Made by a program: the position numbers and the translations under genes. From NCBI GenBank assembly GCA_963790345.1, contig CAWBOD010000012.1, forward strand, positions 148,188 to 212,187: a DNA stretch of 64,000 bases, read 5' to 3'. The notes beneath the pieces were generated by a model that was given only the letters and a program-made list of their open reading frames with translations, was not told where the DNA came from and searched no databases. Shown here one piece after another: positions 28,048 through 36,898 of this stretch (its first letter is position 1; each line of letters begins with the position of its first letter). This DNA comes from an uncultured Acidimicrobiia bacterium (GTDB lineage: Bacteria > Actinomycetota > Acidimicrobiia > Spongiisociales > ZC4RG35).

Positions 28048-28915
28048 ATGCGGATCGCCCGATTCGTTGACATCGACACTGAGAGTCGGGGCAATGGGGG
28101 CCGCGGGAACGAGCGCTGGGGATTCGTAAACGGAGACCTGCTTTCTCCTGCCCTCAACGGACAGCCACTCATGGAAATCCTGGGTTTCGACGAAGCCCAA
28201 CTGACTGAGGCGGCCCGCAACGTGCAAGCGACGATCCCGCTGAGCGACGTACGTTTGCTGGCCCCGATCCCGGCTCCCCCCCAGTTCATGGGGATCGGTC
28301 ATCAATTACCGGGATCACGCCGAGGAGGCCGGGATGGCGATCCCATCCTCTCCGGTCATGTTCCCGTTTCTGAACAATGCCATTTCGAATCCGGGCGACG
28401 CCATCGAAATTCCGGCGTTCACAACTTCGGTGGACTGGGAGGCCGAGCTGGGCATTGTCGTGGGCCGGGGTGGCCGTGATATTCCCCGGGAGAAGGCCTT
28501 GGAGCACATCGCCGGATACGTGATCATCAACGATGTGTCCGCTCGCGACATCCAGGTCGGAGAGGGTCAATGGAGCCGGTCCAAGTCATTCGATACCTTC
28601 AAGCCCATGGGGCCCTGGATTGCGACTACTCACGATCTGGGCGAGGCCGGAGATCTGTCGGTGAAGCTTTGGGTAAACGACGATCTCAAGCAATCTTCGT
28701 CGACCGCGCAACTGGTGTTCGGCGCACTCGATCTCGTCAGTTTGATGAGCCGCTCACTGACCTTGCGGCCGGGAATGGTTATCTCGTCCGGGACCCCGGG
28801 TGGAGTGGGGTTTACCCGCAAACCCGCTGAGTTCCTCACTCCGGGAGATGTGGTGACGATCGAGATCGAGGGGATCGGCCGGCTTTCGAATCCGGTTTCT
28901 AATTCCACCACTTAG
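28048..28915 (+). pseudogene. Fumarylacetoacetate hydrolase (FAH) family protein, frame disrupted at 28300
   Basis: ORF 28048..28479 reads ...APIPAPPQFMGIG then loses sense. The next frame reads INYRDHAEEAGMAIPSSPVMFPF...DWEAELGIVVG...PGDVVTIEIEGIGRL (ORF 28334..28915). One extra c at 28300 separates ggt from atc. Confidence 0.8.
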
Positions 28916-28971
28916 GCGGCGATCACCTAGTGGCTGCGGGCGACAATCCTCCGAGTCGTTCCCGGCCCCGG

Positions 28972-29655
28972 TCAGCGCTCTTTCTGCGCCGCCCCGTTGG
29001 AAGCCCCGGAATCGCGATATCCGTTCTCAACCAGCCGGGCCGTGTGCTCGAGATGGGTGCGAAGGGCTCGAGCGGCTTCGCTCCGCTTGCCGGCCAGGAG
29101 AGCCTCGAGGATCCGGCTGTGCTCTTCATGGCCGTGGTCGCTCCGCAAGGGGACCGAGAGCCGCTGATAGCGCTCGGAATGCTTCCAGAGGATGTCGATT
29201 AGATACATCAGCCATCGGGACTCGGCCAGGGCGTAGAGGGCGAAATGGAACTCACGGTGGTGACTGAGCGCCAAGCTCCTGTCACTGGACGCCAGGTTCT
29301 TGCTGAGCCGGTCAAGCATCTCGTTGAGGACAACCGCTTCGTCATCCTCGATTCGCCTGGCCATCTTCAACGCCTTGGTTTCGATCAGAATTCTCGTCGC
29401 ATAGAGCTCGCGCATGTCATCGATCGAGAGCGGGGCAACCCGGGCGCCCTTGTTGGGCGCCATCTCGACGAGACGCTCGACCTCCAACACCCGCAGGGCC
29501 TCCCGGACCGGGATGAGGCTCGCCCCGGATTCCTCGGCTAGTTGATTGAGGCGAAGCCGGGAACCGGGCTTGTACTCCCCGTTGAGAATTCGCTCTCTGG
29601 TGAGTATCAAGGCGCGATCGACCAGGCTCTTACCCAGTCCCGGGTCATCTGCCAT
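28972..29655 (-). CDS. GntR-family transcriptional regulator, FadR/FCD subfamily
   Basis: The N-terminus has the YKPGSRLRLNQLAEESGASLIPVREALRVLEVERLV wHTH. The C-terminus is an all-helical FCD-like domain. Confidence 0.8.
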   Translation of the reverse strand: MADDPGLGKSLVDRALILTRERILNGEYKPGSRLRLNQLAEESGASLIPVREALRVLEVERLVEMAPNKGARVAPLSIDDMRELYATRILIETKALKMARRIEDDEAVVLNEMLDRLSKNLASSDRSLALSHHREFHFALYALAESRWLMYLIDILWKHSERYQRLSVPLRSDHGHEEHSRILEALLAGKRSEAARALRTHLEHTARLVENGYRDSGASNGAAQKER

Positions 29656-29747
29656 GAAACACCAGTCCCAAACGTCGGTGAGCCAGCTTACTGTCGAGAG
29701 TCGGCGCTGCGAGTGACGTCACGGGGCGATCTAGAACAATCCGGACG

Positions 29748-30687
29748 CTAGAAGATGGCGATCGGGTTCAGTGGTGAGCCCGTGCCACCAGTGATTCGCA
29801 GCGGCGCCGCGAACGAAGAGAAACTCCCAGCGCCTCTCCTGCTCGCATATCTCGACCAGGTCCTCGAACTGGAGGTTGTCAAAGGCCGCCATGCCCATCG
29901 CACTTATCTGGAGGGGGTGGATCGGGTAATCGACCCCGTCCACAGGACTCGGGATGGTCTCGCCATCCCCATCCGCGGCGAACGCGGCAACCTGGCGATC
30001 GGCCAGGAAGCGGAGGCTGGTTGGGTGAAGGCCCGCTCTTCCCACCCGGTTGTTGTCCCAGGGGCCCAGCCGGAGCCGCCGGCGATGCTGACCGGTTCGA
30101 AAGACGAGGATGTCCCCACTGCGAAGGCGCACTTCCTGCGATTCCTCCGCTGCTTGCAGTTCCTCGGCCGTCACCCATTCCCCGGGTTCGAGCCATTCGA
30201 CGCCCCGAAGCCGCGGTATGTCGATCAAAACCCCTCGCCCGACGATGCCATGGCGATAGTCGTCCACCGCTAGCACCGAGCTTCCCCGGGTGGTCACGGC
30301 TCGAGTCGAGTGACCGTTGTAGAGCTTCTCCTTGTACGAGACGTGACACAGTGCGTCGAGGTGGCTTTGAGACTCTCCATGGAAGTCGATTCCGATGAAG
30401 TCCGTGGCGAACCTTCCCTCTCCCCTCCCGATCGTGTTGTCGTGCCCTATGGACATGTAATGGATTGCCGGCACTGCATTGTCGGGGCCCGCTTCGGTGT
30501 TGACAGGTAGCGACAGAGAGACACTGCGGCCGGTTCGAATTGTTGCCGCGGCCGCGACCACGGCGTCATCGGTGATGAAGTTGAGAGTTCCGAGCACATC
30601 GTCGGCTCCCCAGCGGCCCCAGTTCTTCAGCTCTTCGTAGAGTCGCTCGTACTCCTCGATGGTCACCCGATCACCCTGTTCGGTCAC
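29748..30687 (-). pseudogene. Cyclase-family protein (kynurenine-formamidase-like fold), frame disrupted near the 3' end (about 29811)
   Basis: The ORF reads to ...RRWEFLFV then RGAAANHWWHG.... The +1 frame gives AAPLRITGGTGSPLNPIAIF and stops at TAG 29748-29750, the typical family C-terminus. FHGESQSHLDALCH resembles the cyclase metal motif. Confidence 0.7.
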
Positions 30688-30717
30688 CTGACCTCCTCAC
30701 CGCTTGTTGGTGCAGGC

Positions 30718-31149
30718 TCACTCATCCCTCATGGCCACTGCATCGATCTCGACCAGGATGCCAAGCAGCCCGCTGGCAACGGTGGTCCGGGCAGGAAATG
30801 GTTGAGGCATGACCTCGCGGTACGCCTGGTCGTACTCGTCGAACAGCCCGATGTCACTCAGATGCACCGTCGTCTTGACCACGTCGGACAGGTCGAGGCC
30901 GGCCGCGTGAAGGATGAGGCGGATGTTGTCGATGGTGCGGAGGGTCTGCTCTCTGATCGTGTCCCCGATCACCTCGCCGGTCTTGGGATCAAGCGGTCCC
31001 TGCCCGGAAACGAACACCATCCGGCCCAGCTCCACCGCCTGGGAATATCCTCCTCCCGGTGCGGCTGCCTCGTCACTCTGGATCTGTTTCTTTCCCAAAA
31101 TCAAACCTCCCGGGGACCCGGCTCCGGCGATCGACCGGCTGACGGACAC
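30718..31149 (-). CDS. RidA/YjgF-family enamine/imine deaminase
   Basis: GGGYSQAVELGRMVFVSGQGPLDP...TTVHLSD...ARTTV...VEIDAVA. The start is uncertain; a later non-ATG start is possible. Confidence 0.75.
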   Translation of the reverse strand: MSVSRSIAGAGSPGGLILGKKQIQSDEAAAPGGGYSQAVELGRMVFVSGQGPLDPKTGEVIGDTIREQTLRTIDNIRLILHAAGLDLSDVVKTTVHLSDIGLFDEYDQAYREVMPQPFPARTTVASGLLGILVEIDAVAMRDE

Positions 31150-31180
31150 AGACAGCGACTTGGAAGCGCTCGCCTGCTCT

Positions 31181-31188
31181 CTTATAAT
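31181..31188. promoter_or_regulatory. AT-rich CTTATAAT island in the divergent RidA/RidA intergenic region (putative -10 box(es))
   Basis: ctcTTATAATat reads TATAAT on plus (31183-31188) and TATAAG on minus (31181-31186). The minus-strand box is 31 nt from the RidA start at 31149. Confidence 0.35.
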
Positions 31189-31286
31189 ATCCGGTCGAGC
31201 CTACTGCTCCACGAAGCGCCCGAGGGGCCCGGCCGCCCACCGATAACGACTGCCGACGCCGCCTCGGTGCCTCGATCCCGGGCCAG

Positions 31287-31745
31287 ATGAGCCAGATGAG
31301 TGAGATGGAGGACTCTTCAGTGAAACGTGTCTACGACGTACCGGACGGGCCGCCCCAGCATCCCTTTCTCTCACCCGTAATCCGAGCCGGGGATTTCCTG
31401 TTCGTTTCCGGAAATGCCGGATTGCTTCCGAACCGTCCGCCCAGCGGGGTCGACAGCACTTGGATGCCTGGCGAGTTGGTCGCGGGAGGGATCGAGGCCG
31501 AGACCCGCCAGACGCTCGAGAACATAGCCATCGCGCTCAAAGCGGCCGGGGCGGGCCTGGAGGACGTCGTCAAAGTCAACTCCTTTCTGCGCGACATCGA
31601 TCGGGACTTTCACGCCTACAACCGCGTGTATCAGGAGTTCTTCCCGACCCAGCCCCCAACCCGAACCACCGTCGGTGCCAGGATCTACGGGCCGATCCTC
31701 GTAGAGATCGAGTGCGTCGCTTATGTTCCTGAAGAGAAGCCTTGA
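31287..31745 (+). CDS. RidA/YjgF-family protein (second copy)
   Basis: FVSGNAGL...VKVNSFLRD...TRTTVGA...VEIECVA. 152 aa. Confidence 0.75.
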   Translation: MSQMSEMEDSSVKRVYDVPDGPPQHPFLSPVIRAGDFLFVSGNAGLLPNRPPSGVDSTWMPGELVAGGIEAETRQTLENIAIALKAAGAGLEDVVKVNSFLRDIDRDFHAYNRVYQEFFPTQPPTRTTVGARIYGPILVEIECVAYVPEEKP

Positions 31746-32665
31746 GCAGGAGCGACATGGGGGCGCTCCTCCTTGGCCGGGGAGCGTACCTGCCCGTATT
31801 CCAGACCCCGTTCAACGACGACGACTCGATCGATGAGGCGACCCTCGAGAAAGAACTTGCCTGGGTCTTTGATCAGGGCAGCGATGGCATCGTCTTCGCC
31901 ATGGTCTCTGAGGTGCTCCGGCTGTCGGAGCAAGAACGGCTGTCGGTGGCGGAACTGGCATGCCGGGTTGGACTGGACCGCGGAACGGTCGTCATCAGCG
32001 CCGGCGCCGAGAGCACCTACAGCGCCGTGCGTTTTGCGACTCACGCCGAAGACCACGGTGCGACCGCGATCATGGCGATCCCGCCCCTGGCGACCGACGC
32101 CCCCGAGGAGGAAGTCTTCGGGTACTACGGGGCTCTGGTGGCCGCAACGAGTGTGCCCGTGATCGTCCAGGATGCGAGCGGATACGTTGGCCGCCCGATA
32201 TCGATAGCGACCCAAGCGAGGCTCGCCGAAGAGTTCGGCGGCCGGATCATGTTCAAACCCGAGGCGCCTCCCATCGGCCAGCGCCTGAGTGAGTTGCGGG
32301 AAGCGACCAACGGCAACGCTCGAGTATTCGAAGGCACCGGGGGCATCGCCCTCGTCGACAACTACCGCCGGGGCATCGTGGGCACGATGCCGGGCGCCGA
32401 CCTCTGTTGGGCGCTGGTGGCGCTTTGGAAGGCCCTGGAGGATGGCCAGGCCGACCGCGCCGACGCACTCCATGGTCCCCTCGCCGCCCTGATCGCCCTG
32501 GCGACCAATCTCGATGCCTTTCTCGCCATCGAGAAGTACCTCTTGCATCGTCAGGGGATCTTCAAGAACACGCGGGTCCGTGGTCCGGTCGGGTTTCACC
32601 TCGACAACGAAACCATCCGCGAGGTCGACAGGAGAGTTGATCAACTTCGCGAGATTGTCGGATGA
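31742..32665 (+). CDS. Dihydrodipicolinate-synthase-family class I aldolase/dehydratase (DapA-like)
   Basis: 307 aa. TPFNDDDSIDEATLEKEL, GSDGIVF and the FKPEAPP lysine region fit the DapA/NAL family. The start overlaps the RidA stop. Confidence 0.7.
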   Translation: MSRSDMGALLLGRGAYLPVFQTPFNDDDSIDEATLEKELAWVFDQGSDGIVFAMVSEVLRLSEQERLSVAELACRVGLDRGTVVISAGAESTYSAVRFATHAEDHGATAIMAIPPLATDAPEEEVFGYYGALVAATSVPVIVQDASGYVGRPISIATQARLAEEFGGRIMFKPEAPPIGQRLSELREATNGNARVFEGTGGIALVDNYRRGIVGTMPGADLCWALVALWKALEDGQADRADALHGPLAALIALATNLDAFLAIEKYLLHRQGIFKNTRVRGPVGFHLDNETIREVDRRVDQLREIVG

Positions 32666-34624
32666 TCGCTCGATTCCGGACCCCGGGTCAGCAGAGTTGA
32701 TCCGTGAGGTGCCTGCCTGGACGGGGGAGCCGATCGAGGAGCACCGCAACCTCCTGATCCCGGTCGATGGCGCCGAGTTGGCTGCCGATCTCTACCTGCC
32801 GGCAAAGCCCGGCCCGCACCCCGTTCTCGTGAGCTACTACCCCTATCACAAGGACGACATCATCGGGGCGGCTTACGAGTACGCCAACCGATATTTCGCA
32901 TCCCGGGGTTATGGGACGCTGCTTGTGGACTTCCGGGGACTGGGTAGCTCGACGGGAACGGCCCGGGAAGCCATGCACGAGGAGGAGGCCACCGACGGCG
33001 TTGCCATAATCGATTGGACTGCTGATCAGCCATGGTGCAACGGGCGAGTCGGGATGTGGGGATTGTCGTATGGGGGCATCACCGCTTTGAAAACTGCCGC
33101 GGCTCGCCCGGCGGCCCTCAAAGCGATCATCCCGATGATGGCGACCGACGACATCTACGCGGATTGGTTCTATCCGGGGGGATCGCCGAGCATGCTCGGA
33201 GCTTTTGGGATATGGGGCCCCATGATGCTCACACTGCTCTTGATGCCTCCTACTTATCGCGACGACGAGGGCCGCTGGATGCGAGTTTGGAGAGACCGTC
33301 TCGCCCACGCCACGCCGTACATGCTGGATTGGCTGGAGCATCCGGAGCGAGACGCCTACTGGACCTCCAAGACCATTCCGGTTGAGAGGATCGAGGTCCC
33401 CACATTCTTGATCGGTGGGTGGCGGGACATTTTCCCGGAGGCAATGACCCGGATCTACCAACGGCTGACGTGCGTTCGTCGACTTCTGATGGGCCCGTGG
33501 CTCCACGTGCAGCCGGACTCCGCAGCCACCGCTGCGGTCGAGCACCTCGACCTCATGTGCGCGTGGTGGGACCGTTGGCTTCGTCCGGAGCAAGCGGACG
33601 ACTTTGACGATCCGGTTACTTACCACGTGCAGGGACTGGGCTGGCACGCGGATCAACTGTTCCCGCCGACGGGAACACGCATGGAGCGGCTCTATCTCGA
33701 CTCGGCCTCCGGTTTGACCTCCGCACCTGGACCGGCCCAGAAAATCCGCTATCGGGCCGATCCGACCGTGGGCACCTCCTCGGGATTGTGGGATCCCCTC
33801 GGAACCGGCATCGGCCTCCCCAGAGATCAACGCCCCGACGACGTTCGATCCCTCTCGTTCACGAGTTCGGTTTTGCCACAGGACCGAACAATCACCGGGT
33901 CTCCGACGGTCTCGTTATCGGTGGAACCGAACTCAGGAGCCGAGTTCAACCTGGTCGCCAAGCTCTCGGCTGTCGGACCTGACGGAGCCTCGCACCTCAT
34001 CACCACGGGTTGGAAGCGGGTCGTCCTGGATCCCGGCCGATCAACCGTCATGGAACGGATTTCAATCGATTTGTGGGCAACCGCTTTCCATGTTCCCGCC
34101 GGACATCAGATTCGACTGGCTATTTCGTGTGCTGACTTTCCGCGCATCTGGCCTTCGGCGGTGAATCCCGAGATCGACCTCCTGGTGGGTGAGGGATCGG
34201 ATTCGACCATCGAGCTCCCGATTGCGCCGGCGGACATCGTCCCGGTGCGTCCCGCCAGCCGCGAGGCCCGACATAGACCGGGCACCCCTCGGGCATCTCT
34301 ACGACCCGACCTGGACGGTCGAAACGGATGGTGCCTCCGGCGCGACTGTGCGTCAGATTCGATTTGCACTCGATCTTGAGTACGCCTGCCGGGCAGGCTC
34401 GGGTCGAACTGCGGCATCGATGCAGCTGCCGGGTCGAGCCGGATCATCCGGAGACTGCCATAACGAGATCGGACGCCGAGGCTCTCTGCACCTTCACGGA
34501 CTCCACGATCGTCAAGGTCACATCGAAAACGCGCACAACCCGGGACTCGATCAATCTCGAGGCGACAGTCGAGTTGGACGGCCAGGTTTTCTACGACTTT
34601 CGCTGGCCCCGCCAGGAACCCTGA
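32662..34624 (+). pseudogene. CocE/NonD-family (S15 X-Pro dipeptidyl-peptidase-like) hydrolase with at least 2 (probably 3) frame disruptions
   Basis: The core is in ORF 32514..34379 (YYPYHKDD, GLGSSTG, nucleophile elbow GLSYGG). The C-terminus continues in a second frame (PLGHLYDPTWTVETDGASGATVRQIRFALDLEY) and then a third (...RVELRHRCSCRVEPDHPETAITRSDAEA...VELDGQVFYDFRWPRQEP, stop 34622-34624). A possible true start is ATG 32662, an ATGA overlap with DapA-like, which needs a 1-nt correction in the CCCCGGG run at 32681-32687. The alternative starts are TTG 32655 and TTG 32697. Confidence 0.65.
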
Positions 34625-34655
34625 GGCTCCGGGTCAGGGCCAGTATCCAGCAAGG

Positions 34656-35596
34656 TCAGCAGTGGGCCGTACCCAGCTGCGGGCCATTGTCTTCCGCCAG
34701 CCCGAGGAGACGAGCGGCGGCACCCTCCGAAGAGGCTCTCCATGTCGTCTTCGGTCAGGATCGGGATCGAGTTCGTGCCGCTCCATATATCCGGGCATCT
34801 TGCCCAGCTTCTCGTAACCCGAGACAAAGTCCGTGTACGGGTAGTCGCTGCCCCAGAGGAAGCGACGGAACACACCGAGCTGCTTGGCCCACGAGCACAT
34901 CTGCGAAAGGCGCCATAGCGGAGCGGTTTCGGGCAGGAAGGCGACATCCGCGTACACATTGGGAGACTTGGCCATGAAATGCATGACCAACTCCGCCCAC
35001 GCAAAACCCACATGGGCCAGCACCAGCTTCAAGTCGGGGAAATCGAGGGCGATGTCCTCGGTGTACAAGGGGTGGTCGTACTCGAGCATCTTTCCTTCGG
35101 GAAGAGAACTCCACCCCGTGTGCAGGAGCACGGGAACTCCAAGAGCCTCGGCCGCCTCGTACATCGGCCAGATCCTGCGGTCGTTCAGCGGGACGTAGTT
35201 GTACGAGGGAAGCATCTTCAGACCCTTGAGGCCGCGGTCTGTTACTGCTTCTTCGAACCGCTTGACCTCATCGCGTCCTCCCAGCGGGTCACCCGTGTAG
35301 AAGCCGATCAGGCGATCGGGATATTGATCGACCATCTTGGCGACGTACTCGGCTGCGTGAGGGTCATAAGAATTGCCGAATTTGTAGGCGATCCCCAACA
35401 CGACGACCTTGTCGACCGCTGCCTCGTCCATATGCCGGATCAGCATCTCGGGGGGAACGTTGAAGTCCTCGGGAACCCAGGGCTTCTGGGTGTGCCAGCA
35501 ATCCGTGCCCGCGAACATGTTGGCGAAGTACTCTCCCAACTCCTGGGAGAAATCAACTCCCAGGCGTGACATATGAACGTGGCTATTTATTCTCAT
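34656..35596 (-). pseudogene. Amidohydrolase-2 family (ACMSD-like TIM-barrel metal hydrolase/decarboxylase), two frame disruptions near the 3' end
   Basis: The N-terminus INSHVHM (HxH metal motif) and the HTGW, AHVGF and GSDYP motifs are intact. After ...GYMERHELD the sequence continues in a second frame (PILTEDDMESLFGG), then a third (AAARLLGLAEDNGPQLGTAHC, stop TGA 34656-34658). The shifts are at about 34767 and about 34722. Confidence 0.75.
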
Positions 35597-35889
35597 TTTG
35601 GACCTGTGCTCCTTTGCGCAGACGAACCGCCCGCCCCATGTCCGCGCAGCAGACTAAGGGGACTCACCCACCTTCAACTCCAGCCCGTCGGAGTCTCCTC
35701 CGCTGCCCACCTCACCGGTCTTGTGTCCACTCGGGAAAGAGCGAGGCGAACGACGACCAATCGATTCGAAGTGAGCCTACCTCAGATCATACCGCCCGAC
35801 CTGGCGGCCTACCCGAATACCGAGGCCTTTCCAACGGTCGACAAAATGCGTGCCACTGCACATCGTCGCATCGACCCGCCGAGCAGGGC

Positions 35890-36887
35890 ATGAATCCTGC
35901 AGTTCGGTATCTGTCCCGACAACCAGTTCGAGGATTTCCGGGCGACGCTCAGGCGAGCTCCGGACCTCGAAGCGGCTGGGTTCGACGCCATCTGGCTCGG
36001 CGATCACACACTCCCGTTCCAGCACTCCAGGGGGCACAACCGCAGCGTCATCGTCGAGATCGGCGCGTACCTCGATGCCACCAGGGAGATCATGGTGGGC
36101 GCCCAGGTCATCGCCCCGATCGGGATCCGACGACAGCCTGTGGACGTCGCTCTCGATATGGCGACGCTGGCGCTGCTCCATCCCGGCCGCGTGGCGCTAA
36201 CCGTCGGAACGGGCGAAGCGATGAACGAGGCCAACACAACGGGTGATCTGGCCAAACACGAGCGAACGCGTTGCCAGATGTGTCGAAGCGATCGAGCTCA
36301 TTCGCCGTTGCTGGGAAGAGGACGACTATTTCACCTTCGAGGGCCGCTTCTTCCGATCCTTCTTCTACCTCTATACAAAGCCCGACCCACCGATCCCGCT
36401 CACTTGTGCCGCCAACGGCCCGATCATGGCCAATCATGCCGGTCGTCTCACGAGTGGGTTCTGTGCGGTGGGCGTCAGTCCGGAGAGATACTAGGAATGA
36501 ACTGCTTCCGGCGTTCAATGCCGGAGCCGCGCGCTTCGGGCCGCGATCCATCCAACCTGCAACGGATGATCTGGATCCCGGTCAGCTACCACCCGGATCG
36601 AGCGCGAGCCCTCGCGGCCAGCAGGCTCGAAGCCGGCGTACTCGTTCCGGGGGTAGTCGATAGCGTCCTCGATCCCCGGGAAATGGAACGGCTGGGAGAA
36701 AGCGTCGATGAGCAACTGATCACGGAGTCCTCCTGCGTGGCCACCTCGGCAGGCGAGATCGTCGACTGTTTCGGCCGATACCTGGAGGCCGGCGCCAACC
36801 ACATCATCTGGGGTGACCTGAGCCCTGACGGCGACATCATCCCCGAGATCGCCGAGCGCGGTACTTGCGGAGCTCCGCCTCCCTTAG
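35890..36887 (+). pseudogene. Luciferase-like (LLM-class, flavin/F420-dependent) oxidoreductase with 5 frame disruptions in 1 kb
   Basis: The reconstructed protein is MN|LQFGICPDNQFEDFRATLRRAPDLEAAGFDAIWLGDHTLPF...GTGEAMNEANTTG|IWPNTSERVARCVEAIELIRRCWEEDDYFTFEGRFF...SPERY|RNELLPAFNAGAARFG|RDPSNLQRMIWIPVSYHPD...IPEIAER|VLAELRLP, with stop TAG 36885-36887. The shifts are at 35896, about 36245, about 36492, 36541 and 36860, each consistent with one extra nucleotide. Confidence 0.75.
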
Positions 36888-36898
36888 GTTCCGGGTTC

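Noticed and set aside
28870-28900. A tRNA-like T-loop string (ggctttcgaatccgg); similar ttcgaatcc strings occur near 28371 and 16011.
   Set aside because: They lie inside well-supported coding sequence, and no acceptor, D or anticodon stems can be built around them. I found no tRNA genes in the window.
29713-29722. A perfect TGACGTCA palindrome in the GntR-cyclase intergenic region.
   Set aside because: An 8-bp GC-rich palindrome is expected by chance in 64 kb of this composition. There is no second copy and no positional support.
35566-36246. A 226-aa Arg-rich ORF, and the overlapping ORFs 35573..35893 and 35850..36200.
   Set aside because: These are out-of-frame readings of the LLM oxidoreductase region and the upstream spacer. 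The authentic LLM sequence is in another frame (LQFGICPDNQFEDFRATLRR...).
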